From assembly GCA_051362555.1 (NCBI GenBank), contig CM120647.1:19134651-19198650 (forward strand): 64,000 nucleotides of DNA, read 5' to 3'. Shown here one piece after another: positions 49,118-62,845 of the stretch (position 1 is the stretch's first letter; each line of letters begins with the position of its first letter). The translations under genes and the position numbers were made by a program. Origin of the DNA: Lingula anatina (taxonomy: Eukaryota > Animalia > Brachiopoda). The notes under the pieces are model-generated. The model was not told the origin of the DNA. It made no database searches and saw only the letters and a list, made by a program, of their open reading frames with translations.

Positions 49118-52092
49118 AGCAAACCCATGCTTATTAAGTTCAGTTGCATATATTCCTTTTTTCAATTATATGTCCTTCTTGAAAAGTAATCATTATACTT
49201 GGATCCTCGGTTTTCAGGATTTTCAGCTTACATAATTAGTGAAGTATGAATAAAGTTTTATTTACAGTTATTTGTGCATTGATTATTTAATTTTCCTCGA
49301 CTTTAACACCCCCCCCCCTCCCCAATCCGACATTCTTAATAGTAAAAATGTATTTCTGCTTAAGCATGCTGTGGAACGGACATTTAAGAATAAAACCCTA
49401 GATGTCACTCAAATCATGTAATTCACAGGCTCTTAAACTCTAATTAGTGCCTGAATACCTTTAAATTTCTTCTGCTAGTTTGTACATTGATTGTCTTCAT
49501 ATAGCAATACATGTATATATTCCTTATGTCTGTGTTATTGGCTTGTTCGAATAGAATTGCACTGTAAAATTATCAAGTTAATGTTGATAGTCCTCAATGC
49601 TAGAAAATTATATTTTCCTTGGCACTTGTTATTATTTTCTGAATCTTTTCTTGTAGTTTTTTGTTCTTTTTTTTCACTTTTGACCTAATAACCTTTAAAT
49701 TTTTGCAATGTATTAAACATTTTTTAAGAGACACCTGCCAGATTCCCCCCCCATCCCCCCCCCCCCCCCCCCCCCCCCCCCATTCAAGTCTCTGACATGC
49801 TCATCTTGCAAGATGCTGAGAGAAAGGATGAAACCTGTTCACACCTGACTGTTAATAACTGATCTGTATCTAGGTAAAGATCATGGACCTTAAAATTCCT
49901 CCTTGCTAATTAGAGAAGCATTTAACAACAAACAAGTATCTATCCCTTAAGGTACATACTGTCTTTCAACAAGCTTAGCTGAACAATTCCACTTCTAAGA
50001 GTATTTACAGGTCATCAAAGCTTAATGTGACTACAACACAATTTTAAATTCTATATTATCTGACAGATATTTTAGGACTACCTAAGCTATTTAGCTTCAC
50101 TGGATTATAAATGGATTCAATTAAAAGCATTTCACTTCCTGACAAATAACCCAAATGACTGTGGAAGGGGTTCTAATAATGGAAAATTGCATTTTGTTAT
50201 GCATATACCTAGAGACATCAAAATTTTATCAATTTTAGGATGCATAAATGGTAAATTTTTGCCACAAAAGTTCACCAATTGCCAGTAAAATTTTAAATAG
50301 TACTAAGGTAATTACCACAAGACATCATTTAATACTGCCCGAAAAATGATATTTGAACAATATTTTCTGCTAGCTTGCTATGCCGATATAATCCAGGCAG
50401 ATAAGTAAGATATGTACTTGTATGTTAAATTTTCAGCCAAAATTTAAAATAAGGAGCAGTTAAAAGCTCCTTTATGCTGATCAAGTGATTTTTCCTTGTC
50501 ATGTATAATAAATTATTCTAGTTGTATAACAAACTAGTAGAAGTAGTTAATAAGCATTTACTGGGAATCCATGTTTCACCACACTCAGTTCAAAATGAAC
50601 CTTTAACTATGGTAATATACACAGAAACCTACAGCTAATTTTATTAGATTTTGTTAAACTAGAATAAACTAAATAAGTAATAACAGTAGACAAGGGTAAT
50701 ATTTTATACATCAAACTGTCATGGCTTAAGAAACACTAAAGGGAATCCTCCTTCCAAAGTCTTAGTTGACACTCACTCTTAGAAAGGTGACAATTTTCAA
50801 TTGGCTGACAACTATCTGAAATGCTCAGCCCACAAGATGTGCTGCTAGCAAGGAAGAGCCCTATTCACACCTGACTGTTAATTACTATAGCACTGATCTG
50901 TATCAAAGATTCGGGGACTATTGTAAAGTGAATAATTATTTGTTGTTTAGGACAAGCAAGTCCCCATCTCCTAAGACTCAAACTGTCTCTTAATAAGCTT
51001 TCCTAAACAATTCCACTTTGAAGAATACAGCACAGCAGAGCCTAATCTAACTGTACCTCAAAAATTTAATGTAAGCTGACATATAAGTATATTTGGGCTA
51101 TTTAACTTCACTGGATTGTTATAGACTTGATTTAAAATGTCATCATTATTTGACACAAGCTAAAATGTAAGCAGAAAAGATGCTTTTAATGTAAAAATGC
51201 ATTTTATATGGCATTTATCAGTTTTAAGACATTAAAATTATTTAACTTTTATCAATGTCAATTCATAAAAAATACACAAACCAAATGGTCCTTTTAATAA
51301 AACAATGTAAAGATAATATAATTCTGATGGTAACTTAGGAATGGAAAGAAAAAAAGTAATATTTACTAACACTCACTATTTAAACAATGTATCAAACTGT
51401 TTCGTGCTCTTTTTTTTTTTTTTTTTTTTTTTTTTGAAGAGACACCTGAGAGACCTCCTACATTCAAGTCTCTGTTGACACCCACTCAAATATTGAGATG
51501 ATAATTTTCAATCATCTGATAACTATCTTGCTAGATAAGCTGCTACGTACCTTTCACTGCATGGTTTGCTAGTGTTGTTGGGATTCATCTTCCGCGAAAT
51601 AAAGACACGCGCAGCCTTGACGACTTTTCAACAATTCCACCCCAGTAAACATTAGTTGGTCTGGATGCAGGAGCAGATCTGTAGTGGTGTTGGCAGAATC
51701 TACCTTTTCTAATCGATAGATCATATTCATGGTCCACAGGGGAGCTCTCATGAACAGCGATTATCTCACAACCGGAAATGGTCATGAAAACGATTAATCG
51801 TGATAGGTTGATGCGCGATCTGATGCATCACGGGAAATTTTGAAGAAGAAGACGGTTTGAGATTTACCGGCAGCTGATTTTAAGTTGGTGTAACCAGTTA
51901 GAAATTATGATGCGTTGATTGCAAAGCCAGGTGAGTGCAAAGATTAATCAGAACGTTTGATTCAAGATAGGATTTTACTACACTCAGAGAATTCTCATCA
52001 TGCCTGCGAGTAGAAGGTAGAAAGTAAACCGATTCTAAATACAGTTCTAGTATGGGGGCGCTAGTATGGTACTTGTTGGGAAGGCCATCTCG

Positions 52093-52226
52093 TTCTCTCT
52101 CTCTCTCTCTCTTTCTCTTCTTATTTTCCTCTCTCTCTCTCTCTTCTTTTTTTTCCGCTCTCTCTCTCTCTCTTCTTTTTTCCTCTCTCTCTCTCTCTTC
52201 TTTTTTTTCCTCTCTCTCTCTCTTCT

Positions 52227-52257
<31 letters not shown>
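52093..52257. repeat. Compound polypyrimidine repeat ((CT)n with TCTTTTTTT spacers)
   Basis: Directly visible units of ~25-30 bp. Confidence 0.9.
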
Positions 52258-52302
52258 GTAACGGTGGAATAAGTGTGTAACTATATTCTTTTTAAATTAT
52301 AG

Positions 52303-54239
52303 AGACGTGGATTACTATTGGTTTTGACAAGGATGGAGTTGTATCAGTGGAAGACGTTTCGAAGTTTGAGAGGGAGGAAGAGGAAGAAGGGGAAGTCCTT
52401 ACTGTTGGAGAGACACTCATGGCTCCTTGGGATGGTTGCATGTATTTGGCAAAAGTGATTTACATTTAGTGGTAAGTGTATTCTCATTTAGTATAGTTTG
52501 CTTAGGTGAAATAAATTCAAAGGGCAGAAGGGTTCATACAGCACTTAAGGTATATATTAACAGAGCATCACTGTGACATGGATTTCCAGTAACACATATA
52601 AACTACTTCTTCAAATTTCCTAATTACTCATATAAATTTAACATGACAAGGGGTAAACTGAATAAGTCACCAGATTGGTCATTAAAGAGCTTTAGACTGC
52701 TCCTTTCTTTAAATTTTTGGCCAGAAATTTAGCCTATTTTTATGACCTATTATTATTATTATTTTTATTTATTATTATTATTTTTTTTTTTTTTTTGCCC
52801 ATTGATATACAGCATAGAGTGCTAGCAGAAAAATCTGTTCAAATATTTTTTTTCTTTCTTTTTTTTTTTTTGGGGGGGGGTTTATTAAACTATGCCTTTT
52901 GGTAATCCTCTAAGTTATACTACTTGAAACTATATGCTGGCATTTTGTTGGCTTATGTGCATGGCCAAAATTTACTTTATATGCACCTTTAAACTTAGCC
53001 CCTTGAAATTACTTTTAATCTTGAAAAAAAAAAACTTGCACATTCAATCATATCTGCCACAGGAAAAATTTATAGTTTTAATAGTCTTGATGGTTTTAAA
53101 AGTCAGTTTTGGTCATTTCCACAGAAAGGAGAAATATCAAAGTGCAAATACATGTGTTTTAAAAGAATGCTTTGAAAGCTATTCTCCTTTTATTTTAGAT
53201 TACAGAAATGCATGTCAGAAGGAAAAGAAGGCATATGTGAAAGGTGAGTAAATGTATTTTCAGTGAGTGTCAAAGACTTCTGAACAAATCTAAGAATTTA
53301 AGTGTATCACCCTCATACTGACTCCTCTTTGTGAAACTAATATGTCTGACAATTCCATAATTATTGTTGGGTTTTTTTAAATAGTAACACAGAATCCAAA
53401 ATGTTTCAGTGTTGCCTTGCTTCTGAATAACAGGAACCCCACTTTTTGTTTTAGTTCAAACAACCATGCAACCTATGATGAACTGTTCATATATATAAAT
53501 ATATATTCTTAATGCATCACTTTTTTGGTAGAATAACATTTTATGTTTTAACTTTTTTAGATAAAAAGGACAACCAGAGCAATGGTAGTAGTGTAAGTAT
53601 ATTGTTGATTGACCTGCAATTGCTGTTGCATATATTTTCCACTAAATGGTGAAAAAATTGTAATTTCCTCTTTCAAATAATAAGTACATTTTACACACTT
53701 AAATTCAAATTTAATAAAGCTTTCCCTATGTTATTCAAGGAAAAAAATCAGAGCCAGCTTGTAATGCAGCAGTTGAAGAAAGTGTTTCAGTGCCTCGTGC
53801 ATCATCTGTTCCCCGTCTTACTCCCACCATCTCCAACTCTGTGCCCTCTATATATCTCCCCACACCCATACCATCTCCAACCCTGTGTCCTCCATATCTC
53901 CCTTCAACACATACCATCTCCAACCCTGTGTCCTCCATATCTCCCCACACGCATACCATATCCAACTCTGTGCCCTCTATATCTCCCCACACCCATACCA
54001 TATCCAACTCTGTGCCCTCTATATCTCCCCACACGCATACCCTGTGCCCTCCATATCCATCCCCCCCCCCCCCCCCATCTGTCTCATTAAGTTTTTTAAA
54101 TGAAGTCATGCTTTCTTTATTTATTGTTTAAATTCTCTTTCTTTCAGTATATGTTATTAACAACTTGAAAATGGATGGGCCAGCAATTAAGCACACTATG
54201 AGTGCAAAAATTCACACTGCAAAGAGGGCCTTAAAAAAG
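52303..54239 (+). pseudogene. Spliced accessory gene of the CACTA element (Tudor-like exon, linker exons, BEN-like terminal helix), damaged
   Basis: GT-AG exons 52303-52471 (…VLTVGETLMAPWDGCMYLAKVIYI, 1-nt frameshift at the end), 53199-53243, 53561-53584, 53740-~54060 and 54148-54239 (YVINNLKMDGPAIKHTMSAKIHTAKRALKK). The phases join in frame for the middle exons. Upstream donor CCAG|GTGAGT at 51930/51931. Confidence 0.55.
53826..54060 (+). repeat. 42-bp coding-type minisatellite (TISNSVPSISPHTH), ~5.5 copies
   Basis: Unit CCATATCCAACTCTGTGCCCTCTATATCTCCCCACAC(C/G)CATA. Confidence 0.85.
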
Positions 54240-57059
54240 GTAGGAAAAGTATTTTTAACTGTGATTAGATTATACCATGCCTGCTAAATTTATTTTTGTT
54301 TTACTTAACAACATAAATCATATATATGTATATATATAGGTGTATTTATTAAGGGAATCTACTAGAAGCTTACTTGACAAACTACCTGTGAGTGCAACAA
54401 ATTTTACAAGAAATGTCAAGTTTTATTTTTCTTGTCTTTCAGATGTGATATGGTGCTTGTATCCCAGTCGAAATTTGGTCTGACTTCTCTAGCGGGTGAA
54501 ACAACAGCGGTGATATGTTTTCCAGAGATCAACTACAACCTGCCTGATCTCTACGTTTATTTCTCTGGCTGACAGATTTGGAGACTCCTAGGACAGCAGG
54601 GACTATCTAGCTATCGGTTCAACTGATCAAACTCACTCTGAGCTCTTATACTAAGTTCTACTCCTTATATACTTATACACACAAAATACATTACAGTGAA
54701 TCATTAACAGGATTGAGATATTGAAGCCAGTTAACAGAATTAAGACATATTACTAAGGACTCAATAATTAAACTCGGACTTCTTTAAACTTGGATGTAAA
54801 TAAAGTTGTTGAACCCTCTTGAAAATTAAAGCATCCTTTATAGCTTGGTTACTGTTCTTTCCAATGAATAAAATGCATAAGCAGATTCACGTTGTATCAT
54901 TATATCAGAGACATCTGAACAATCTTTACCAAATGTTGATTTAATTTGATTTAAATGTGCAAGTTTCTAAAATAAAATATTGAAAAATGTTTATGGTGTT
55001 TCTTACTGATATTCTGTGTGTGCTATTTTTTCATTCATTTGATAATTTTCTGTATGTGTTCTGCCAGCTGTGCTATATGGCTAAAATACAGTAATAAAAT
55101 TTTGCTACTCCATGATTTCAAATATGGCATACATGATTTAATTAATAAAAAGAACTGGCATAAATAAAAGCATAATCACTGGGTTAAATATTAGTTGTCA
55201 GTCTACTGCAATAGTGGTACTGCAGAAGAATGTTTTTTCGAATTGTTTTTTTTTTTTTTGGGGGGGGGGGGGGTTTCCGGAAAAATTCGCGAGAACAGTT
55301 CTGGAGAGTTTGCAGCAAATTTGCAAGAAGGATTTCTTAAGAGTTTGCAGAGCATTCGCAAGAACAGTTCTGGAGGGTTTGCAGCAAATTTGCAAGAACT
55401 TCTAGTGAATTTGCAGAAAATTCGCAAGAACAGTTCTGGAGAGTTTGCAGCAAATTTGCAAGAACTGTAGTGGAGAGTTTGCGGCAAATTCGCATGAATG
55501 GTTCTCGAGAGTTTGCAGCAAATTTGCAAGAAACCTGTGACAGATTCCCTTTTGTCATGCTGATTAAGTTTGTGGGGAGTTTGCAGCAAATTTGCAAGAG
55601 ACTTAATTTACATGGTAAATTTCCTCTTGCAAATTTGTTGCAAATTTGCAGCAACTGTTTGCAAGAAGCCTTAAATTTTGCTAAGGGGAGTCCCCGCAGA
55701 ATAGAATCCATTGGCATAGAATGACAGTTCCATTGGGAATGAGCCCTTAAACGGTACACAAGTTAAAACCAAACAGTTTTTGAAATATGCTAGGACGTGG
55801 TGTGGCTACCAGTATGCTAACCGGCCACATACCCCAAGGCTAAAGATCCGTTCTTGAGGCTATCGACTCAAATTGAACAGATAGTGGGGAATGCGCTGTC
55901 GCCACATGTGCTTTATAATGGGTGTCCGATACGACACCTGAGCACTCGGCCCCTTGGGTTAGGATTACATAACACTCGACCAGTACATCACGAATACATC
56001 TAAGTATGTTTTGATGAATATATCGCAGGTAGGCGAGATATGCTAATCTCTGCGTGAAACATATGATCCGTTACTTTGATTCACGTCAGTCGATTCATCT
56101 CAGAAGACAGTTTCAGGGTTTTGTTGGTTAACCGCCAATCGAGAAGGTGTCATTATAAAGTGCAAACACGATGAGTGTCTATAACACAGCAAATGTTGTA
56201 ATGAACTTAAAAAGGCGAAAATATTGTCCAGGCATATTAGACTTAGTTTTAGTATACATTTTAAGCAATCTGCATATTTTCATGTCTGTTGCCCATACTA
56301 CATGCACCCGTAACAAGTTTCTATTCTCTATGAGTCAATACACCGTATCCAATAACAAAATGAAATTCAATTTGCTTTTCCGCTTTCCATTTGTGTATAA
56401 TATTTGATTCTTGATCATTCAAAGCAATAAATGTACCAAAATACCACATTTGCAAAAAAATTGTTTTTGCATTAAAAAATTGCAAGTAATAAAAGACTGC
56501 AAACTGAAACGTAAATGGCGGACGTTTCATATAACGGAAGCATCTAATTCACAAGCAATTTAGGCTGCGGCTGTGTTGTGAGGAACCCCTGATGAACAAA
56601 CCATTAAAGAGAGCTAAATACACCGTGGTTGCATTGATTAAACCTAGGTTAATACCAGTTAAGCTAAGACGCAAGTTAGACACTAACTGCAAAACAACAA
56701 AAATTTAATAGAAACAGGAATATGATACAAAACTAATTCAATGTGTTGCGTTTTTCATTTCGTTGGTTTAGTCAACCACAAATTTCTTAATTGGCATTGC
56801 ATGTGGTTGTCATAAAAAGGTGTTTCGAATACTAGGACAGTAGGATGGTTTCAGAAACTACATTCTTTGTTTTTGATCCAAATCGACCCAGAACAATCCC
56901 AAAACACTCAGTAAGGAATTGGGTGTTTCGAATGCTTTAATTTAATTCGTCTTATTAACAGTTGTTTGTTTTGTATGTCGACTGAGGGACATACATTGTC
57001 TCGGTTTGTCCAGAATGTAGACTCGAAGGAGTTCTTCAGAAAAGAAAAATGCACGGATC

Positions 57060-57997
57060 CATGCTTGTTTTCTCTCTCCTCCCCCCTCCCGTATCTGAGT
57101 TGCCTCGGAAAGCAATTGAAGCCCTTTGATTACATTAACATATGTAAAAACATTGACATTATCCCGCACGAAAATGCAGTAGTATCGAAGTAGCAAAAAA
57201 GCATTAACGCAGTAGTGGTGTGGAGCATATTTGCAGTAGAAATGCAGCATAGCCTACTGCAATTCTACTCCAAAAAGTACATGGGTTTGTACAGAGAGGA
57301 GCATTAATGCAGTAGATTAGCAGCATGATAGAAGCATGTTTCAAATATGCTAATTAGCTCCCAAATCGAAGCAGATTTGAAGCATGTTTGCAGTATGATT
57401 GCAGTAGTCTACTGCGGTTTGCAGTATGATTGCAGTAGTCTACTGCGCTGGAGTATCTACTGCGTTTTCTTGCACATTGCTTTGTGACGTATACACCCAG
57501 TAATACTTATACACGGCTTCATGCTTGCCTCCACCCCACCCCCCACCCCCCCACCCCACCTTCACCCGTATCTAACTTTGCCTGGGAAAGTAATTGAAGT
57601 CTTTTGATTACATAAACATATGTAAACATATATGACATCCGACTTGCTACGACGCATGTTAGACACTGACTGTAAAACAACAAACATTTAAGAGAAAAGG
57701 GAATACGATACAGAAATAATTCAAAGTGTTGTGTTTTTCGTTTCATTGGTTTAGTCATTGGAAAGTAATTGAAGCCCTTTGATTACATAAAAATATATAA
57801 AAATATGTGACATTCGACTTGCTTTGTGACGTATACGCCCAGCTTCATGCTTGCTCCCTCCCCCCCCCCCCTCCACACACACACACCTTCACCCGTATCT
57901 AAATTTGCCTCGAAAAGTAATTGAAGTCTTTTGATTACATAAACATATGTAAACATGTGTGATATATCCAACTTGCTTTGTGACGTATACGCCCAGT
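57060..57997. repeat. Local triplication of a ~150-bp segment
   Basis: CATGCTTG..C-rich..CCGTATCT..TTGCCT.G.AAAG.AATTGAAG.C.TTTGATTACAT.AACATATGTAAA occurs at ~57061, 57520 and 57846. Segment 57660-57757 also duplicates 56676-56773. Confidence 0.8.
57163..57474. mobile_element. Small CACTA-like non-autonomous element with GCAGTA/TACTGC subterminal repeats
   Basis: Left end CCCGCACGAAAATGCAGTAG is approximately the reverse complement of CTACTGCGTTTTCTTGCA. The element interrupts one copy of a local triplication whose other copies lack it. Confidence 0.55.
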
Positions 57998-60814
57998 AAG
58001 ACTTTGGACTTATTTATTTGTCCGAGATATAGATCTAAGTATTTAGCTCCATTGAGCGCTTGTTGAACAGTGGACTAACAAATCTGGTAATTAAATGTGG
58101 CCCAGCCACTTGAATGCTTGTTGCGTAATCCCCTCGGGATTATTCAGCGTCTATTCAGGAATTAAATGGAAAGCCTTTAAGTGGAAGCCATATTTAATCC
58201 GTGTAACTGTTAGTCTGCTGTTCTGAATGCGATAATTGATACAACATTTTACATTTTATAAGCCTACAAAGTAATTTATAGCCTCTCTTTCGCTCTCTCC
58301 ATCTTTCTGTGTGTGTATGTGTGTGTTAGTGTTACAAAATAAGACATGCATCATCAATTGTATTGCAACCTATACAGTATGCAAGACCGTGTACATGTTT
58401 AACATTGAATTCGCCATATAGCATTTGTAATAAAGTGATAATCCTGTGGATAGTCCAGTGGAGGATACATAAAGTAGTTATCAACCCCTCCCCACCCCGC
58501 CCAATTTCCACTTTTAATAAATTAATTAATTTAAAGAGTACCACAATAAAATTGGACAGCACCAAGCAATTTTCATATCTTTTACTGCCTACAAATCAGT
58601 GTAAAATTTCCCTAGGCTACTGTTTTATTTTTGCTAAGCTCCTCCCGCCCCCCCCCCCCCCGGGCTCGGCCCCCCTCGCCCCCCCCCCCCCCCCACTGCC
58701 CCTAGCCAAAATTTGTCCTACACCGTGGAACTGGACCATTTTACTTAACATCAAATGACACCCGGCCACTGCGCAGTTGTACTAAAATCGGGTTTTCATC
58801 TACACTCTTTTAACTCTGGTCTCAAGTGCCCGTCCATAGGGCCAGACAAAACAAAGCAATCTGAACTTGCATCCAACTCTCCGAATGTCGTGACTTTTGA
58901 ATGGTCGAAGCATGTCCGCAGGGCTGTATCATGGTGTGCGATAGATAACTTTGTTGCAAGCAAATTATGCAGCACAGAAATCTGTTAGGGATTATCTACA
59001 ATGAGAATGGAGTTCTATATTGATTTATCCATAAACAATCATAAGAATAACACTCACACGACAGGCTGTCCAAAATCTATAAGAACATTCCTTCTGATCT
59101 TGAAACAAACACAACCGTAACAGTATTTCTGGTATTAATTATGATACATGGGAAATGGCCCAAATCTCTCATCATTATTGCTTCTATCTTCGGCTTTTGC
59201 TACTATCATTATTAGCAAATATTGTTGAAAATGATAAAAATTGCTTGTTCCAATATTTTGCTCTTTTCTTAGTTTTAGTTTTCACAATATCAGATAAAGG
59301 GAAATTTCGTCCTTTGAGGCATGTGTGTTCATGTCGTAAATGCATTTTTTTATTTTGTTTGCTTGACATTTGGATAGGAATAATGGTACAAAGTGGATGT
59401 TACGTTGCGAAATGGTTTTATTAAAAATGTTATGTGGCCTGCGAGAGGTTTAAGGAATTCCCGATTGAGTCTGCAAAAAGTGGCTTTCCACGAAGTTTCA
59501 CGTCTTGCGGTTCCATAAACAACCGCTTTGTTTCACGAATGATATGTTTATAAAGTTTTCGCACTTTTCTACACGACAGTGAGTGACAAAATTATCGCTG
59601 TGAGATTTGCTGTGATGGCAGTGGATTCATTAAAACCATCAATGTTTTGTCCCCGTGCATCTAGATAAATTGCATAACAGGGACGCCGTTGGAACCTTCT
59701 TTAACGCGAAGATATCAGGTATTTTACTTTGCACAATCTGTAACTCACGATGCCTTGATGCTATTTATGGTTATTGTCGTCGCAGCTTGTCTCTTGGTGC
59801 CATAGAGACAGTTGCAAAAATAGGAGTGTAGTCAGTGCCATGTGTTGCTTTAGACCGATGTTACCGTAGATATGGGCAACCTCTACATCCCCTACAAAAA
59901 TGACAACTGTCGGCACTGGCAGTATGGACAACGTTTGTTTTGTCATCCAACTGCCATAACTAAAACACAACAGAAGAGTTTGCCAGAACTTTACAGATTA
60001 TTATTTACGACAAAAATGCCAATTTTTTGTATGACGTATGACGTACGAGGTACTTTGTATTGCATATTAAAATGAGTAATAAAGAAGGTTTTCAAAGACC
60101 TGTAGCTTCATGGTGAGATGAACCTTCCCAGTTTTGCTTTTGATAATCTAAAATCAAATTATTCGACAGGTATGAGCAACTTCAGAAAATGTTGTTTATG
60201 TCAGATACCTCTTTTTGTAGGTAGAATATCATAATAATAAATTTCAGTACACACCGCTATTCACAAATATCATTACCTATAAGACCAAAAATTACAAAGT
60301 ACATGTATTTATCGAAATTATGTTTAATTCTACATGTATGTTGATGTTAATATGATCACGTGTTTTGGTATGGATCGCCCACCTAAAATGTGAGAGGGTT
60401 AAGGTATTAATTTTTTTAAGGGAAACAGGTGCTGGGGGATGCTACCGTAAACAGTTAATGCGCATGCGCTTGACATGATTCATAAAGCCAACTCTTGGAC
60501 AAACGGTTACAGAGAGGTGACTTTATCTTAGACCAATAACAGCTGTGAAACATACGTCAACAAGGAGTCTGGAAAAGATGCGCCTCAGCGGTCTTTGGAA
60601 ATTGGTATCTAAAGTGAAATTCATCAGTTATGTTACTTTGCTGATCTTAGTGTATAACTCTACAGGTAAGCGGTTTATTCGGATTGTAGGCCTAATTATG
60701 TTTGTTCTTGAATCTCTCAGCTAGATCCGCACTGAAAACATGGCACAATTCCTTCATATAAAGGAATGCTTTAATTTCAGGCTCATAAATATTGCTATTG
60801 AATGTAACTGTTAA

Positions 60815-60863
<49 letters not shown>

Positions 60864-62811
60864 TACTCAACATAGACCACTGCACATAAATCCTCACTCC
60901 TCACGAATTCTACAGATAACGATGTCAAAGATTTATATATGTAATAAGGTGCGTACTACCTCATAAGAAAAAAATTAATGCAGCATTACTTGTGCAACCT
61001 AAATTATACAAACGTTACGTTATTACATGATACCATACATCTAGTACATCACCATAACAATATTACATTACAAAAATAATACAAGCATAGTATTTACTTT
61101 ACCCATATTCTTATTATGTATTCTATCTTAATCATATTCAGCAGAAGGAACTTAAGATGCATGCCTGTTCCTGCACCTAAAACTGGGATTATAGGCCTAA
61201 TATGCAACCTTTTATAATTAATATCGGAGAATGTTCTTATTTACCTCTGTATTTATTTATCTCGCTTTAATTTACACCCAAACCCAACATAAAGGTCCAA
61301 ATCAGGTCACAGGCATGCTCTTAAAAATATCTAGTGCACAGATTACAAACTATGTTTGATTATTTTAATGTCCCACGTGAAAAGGTTTGTTTCAAAGCTT
61401 CACTCTCCTGGAACCATGAATAAAAATTAATTCATCGCCTAGCCCCCAAAAAGGAACATACGTTATTGTCACAAATGCAAAACGTCCAGCTGTGGAAACG
61501 TTTTACTCACTTTGAAAATTCAATCATCACTGGTTTTGTCCTTAAATTTATCTCCCACAAGTATAACGTTGTAAACAATTATGATAATCTCCTGTATAGA
61601 ACAGCTTATTTTTGAGCGACTTTGTAGTTTGTTTGTCACTCAATATTACAAAAAAAGGGGGAATACACCCTACTAACAGTAAAATAAGCATGATGAACTA
61701 TTCTCCATTCGTTGTCCAAATGTTGTATTAGAAATTGTATTAGAAATGGAATCAAATATATTTTTCAGTCAGCAACAGAAAACCACGTTTCATATTGTAC
61801 CAAGTACTTGGGCAAGATGAAACTTTCTTGGGAACATACGTTACGTACATGTAGTATTAGCCATGACGCAAAGCCGCTTGAATTACAGTTTAAATATTTA
61901 TAAGAATAAACGTACGTCATATATAATTTACCATGACTGAATGTAGACGTAAAGTTGAGACAGCCGTTGAGTTTTGTTCTATACAAATATATGTTTAAAA
62001 AATCGAATACTATTTCGAGCTCATTCAATGTTTTTATACTTCTAGCATGCGAAATTCATCCCTATATTGGGTTTGGGTGTTTTTTGTTTTTTGTAACGGT
62101 TGAACCTACTCGCATTTCAGTGTCAAGATAAATTATCATGAAACATTCCAGTAAAAAGATGCATGGAAATGCACACCGAAATATCATAACAATAATGTTC
62201 TGACAATACGTCAAAAATACCAGGAAAAAAATTACTTGGTAAAATTATATAAACTCGCAGTAGATAATGATAAAAGCGCTGGCAGCTTTTTATTTAAAGT
62301 CGGCTTTGTTAATACTGAATATAAATCAATTTCAGATACCCAATGCAACTGCAGCAATCAAAGAAGACATATGTTTATCTTAGAAGTATATACACCTTCG
62401 GTGGCTCTGTGACCCTCCGAAACAATGGCATCATTTTAAATTAATCTTTACGGGATTTAAACGCAAACATAATTTTTCCTTGAAAAAGGTATCCCCTACC
62501 CACTAAAAGCTGCTCGACCCGTTCCTTCACTTGGGTTTGTATTTAGTATTTTCTTTCTCAAATCAGACCTCGATCATGCCCTTTTATAAAGATATCGCCT
62601 AATGCCACGGTATATTACTTGGAACCTTACTGGGGTACATCAATTGCAATCAAGCCGGAAGAGGCAAAATCTCTTAAGCTAAAAGCATTTTATGAAGTTG
62701 AAATAGTTTTTCGAAATGTCACACTAAGAGGCCTGCACGAAATACCGACTATTTGAACTAAGATCGGAAAAATATTAAATGATCATTTTTATATATAAGC
62801 AAACAAATGGT

Positions 62812-62845
<34 letters not shown>

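Larger units (their letters stand above)
46042..55687. mobile_element. CACTA/EnSpm-like (CMC) DNA transposon, 9.65 kb, defective
   Basis: 13-bp perfect TIR CCCTTAGCAAAAT...ATTTTGCTAAGGG; 2-bp TSD GA; dense subterminal TTTGCAGCAAA/TTTGCAAGAAA repeats at both ends. Removing the element restores a repeat also seen at ~8895-8945 and, inverted, at ~43815-43872. Confidence 0.85.

Noticed and set aside
55195-55759. Overlapping ORFs with FAANLQE/LQICCK repeats (also 45969-47673)
   Set aside because: They arise from stop-poor TTTGCAGCAAA subterminal repeats of the CACTA element.
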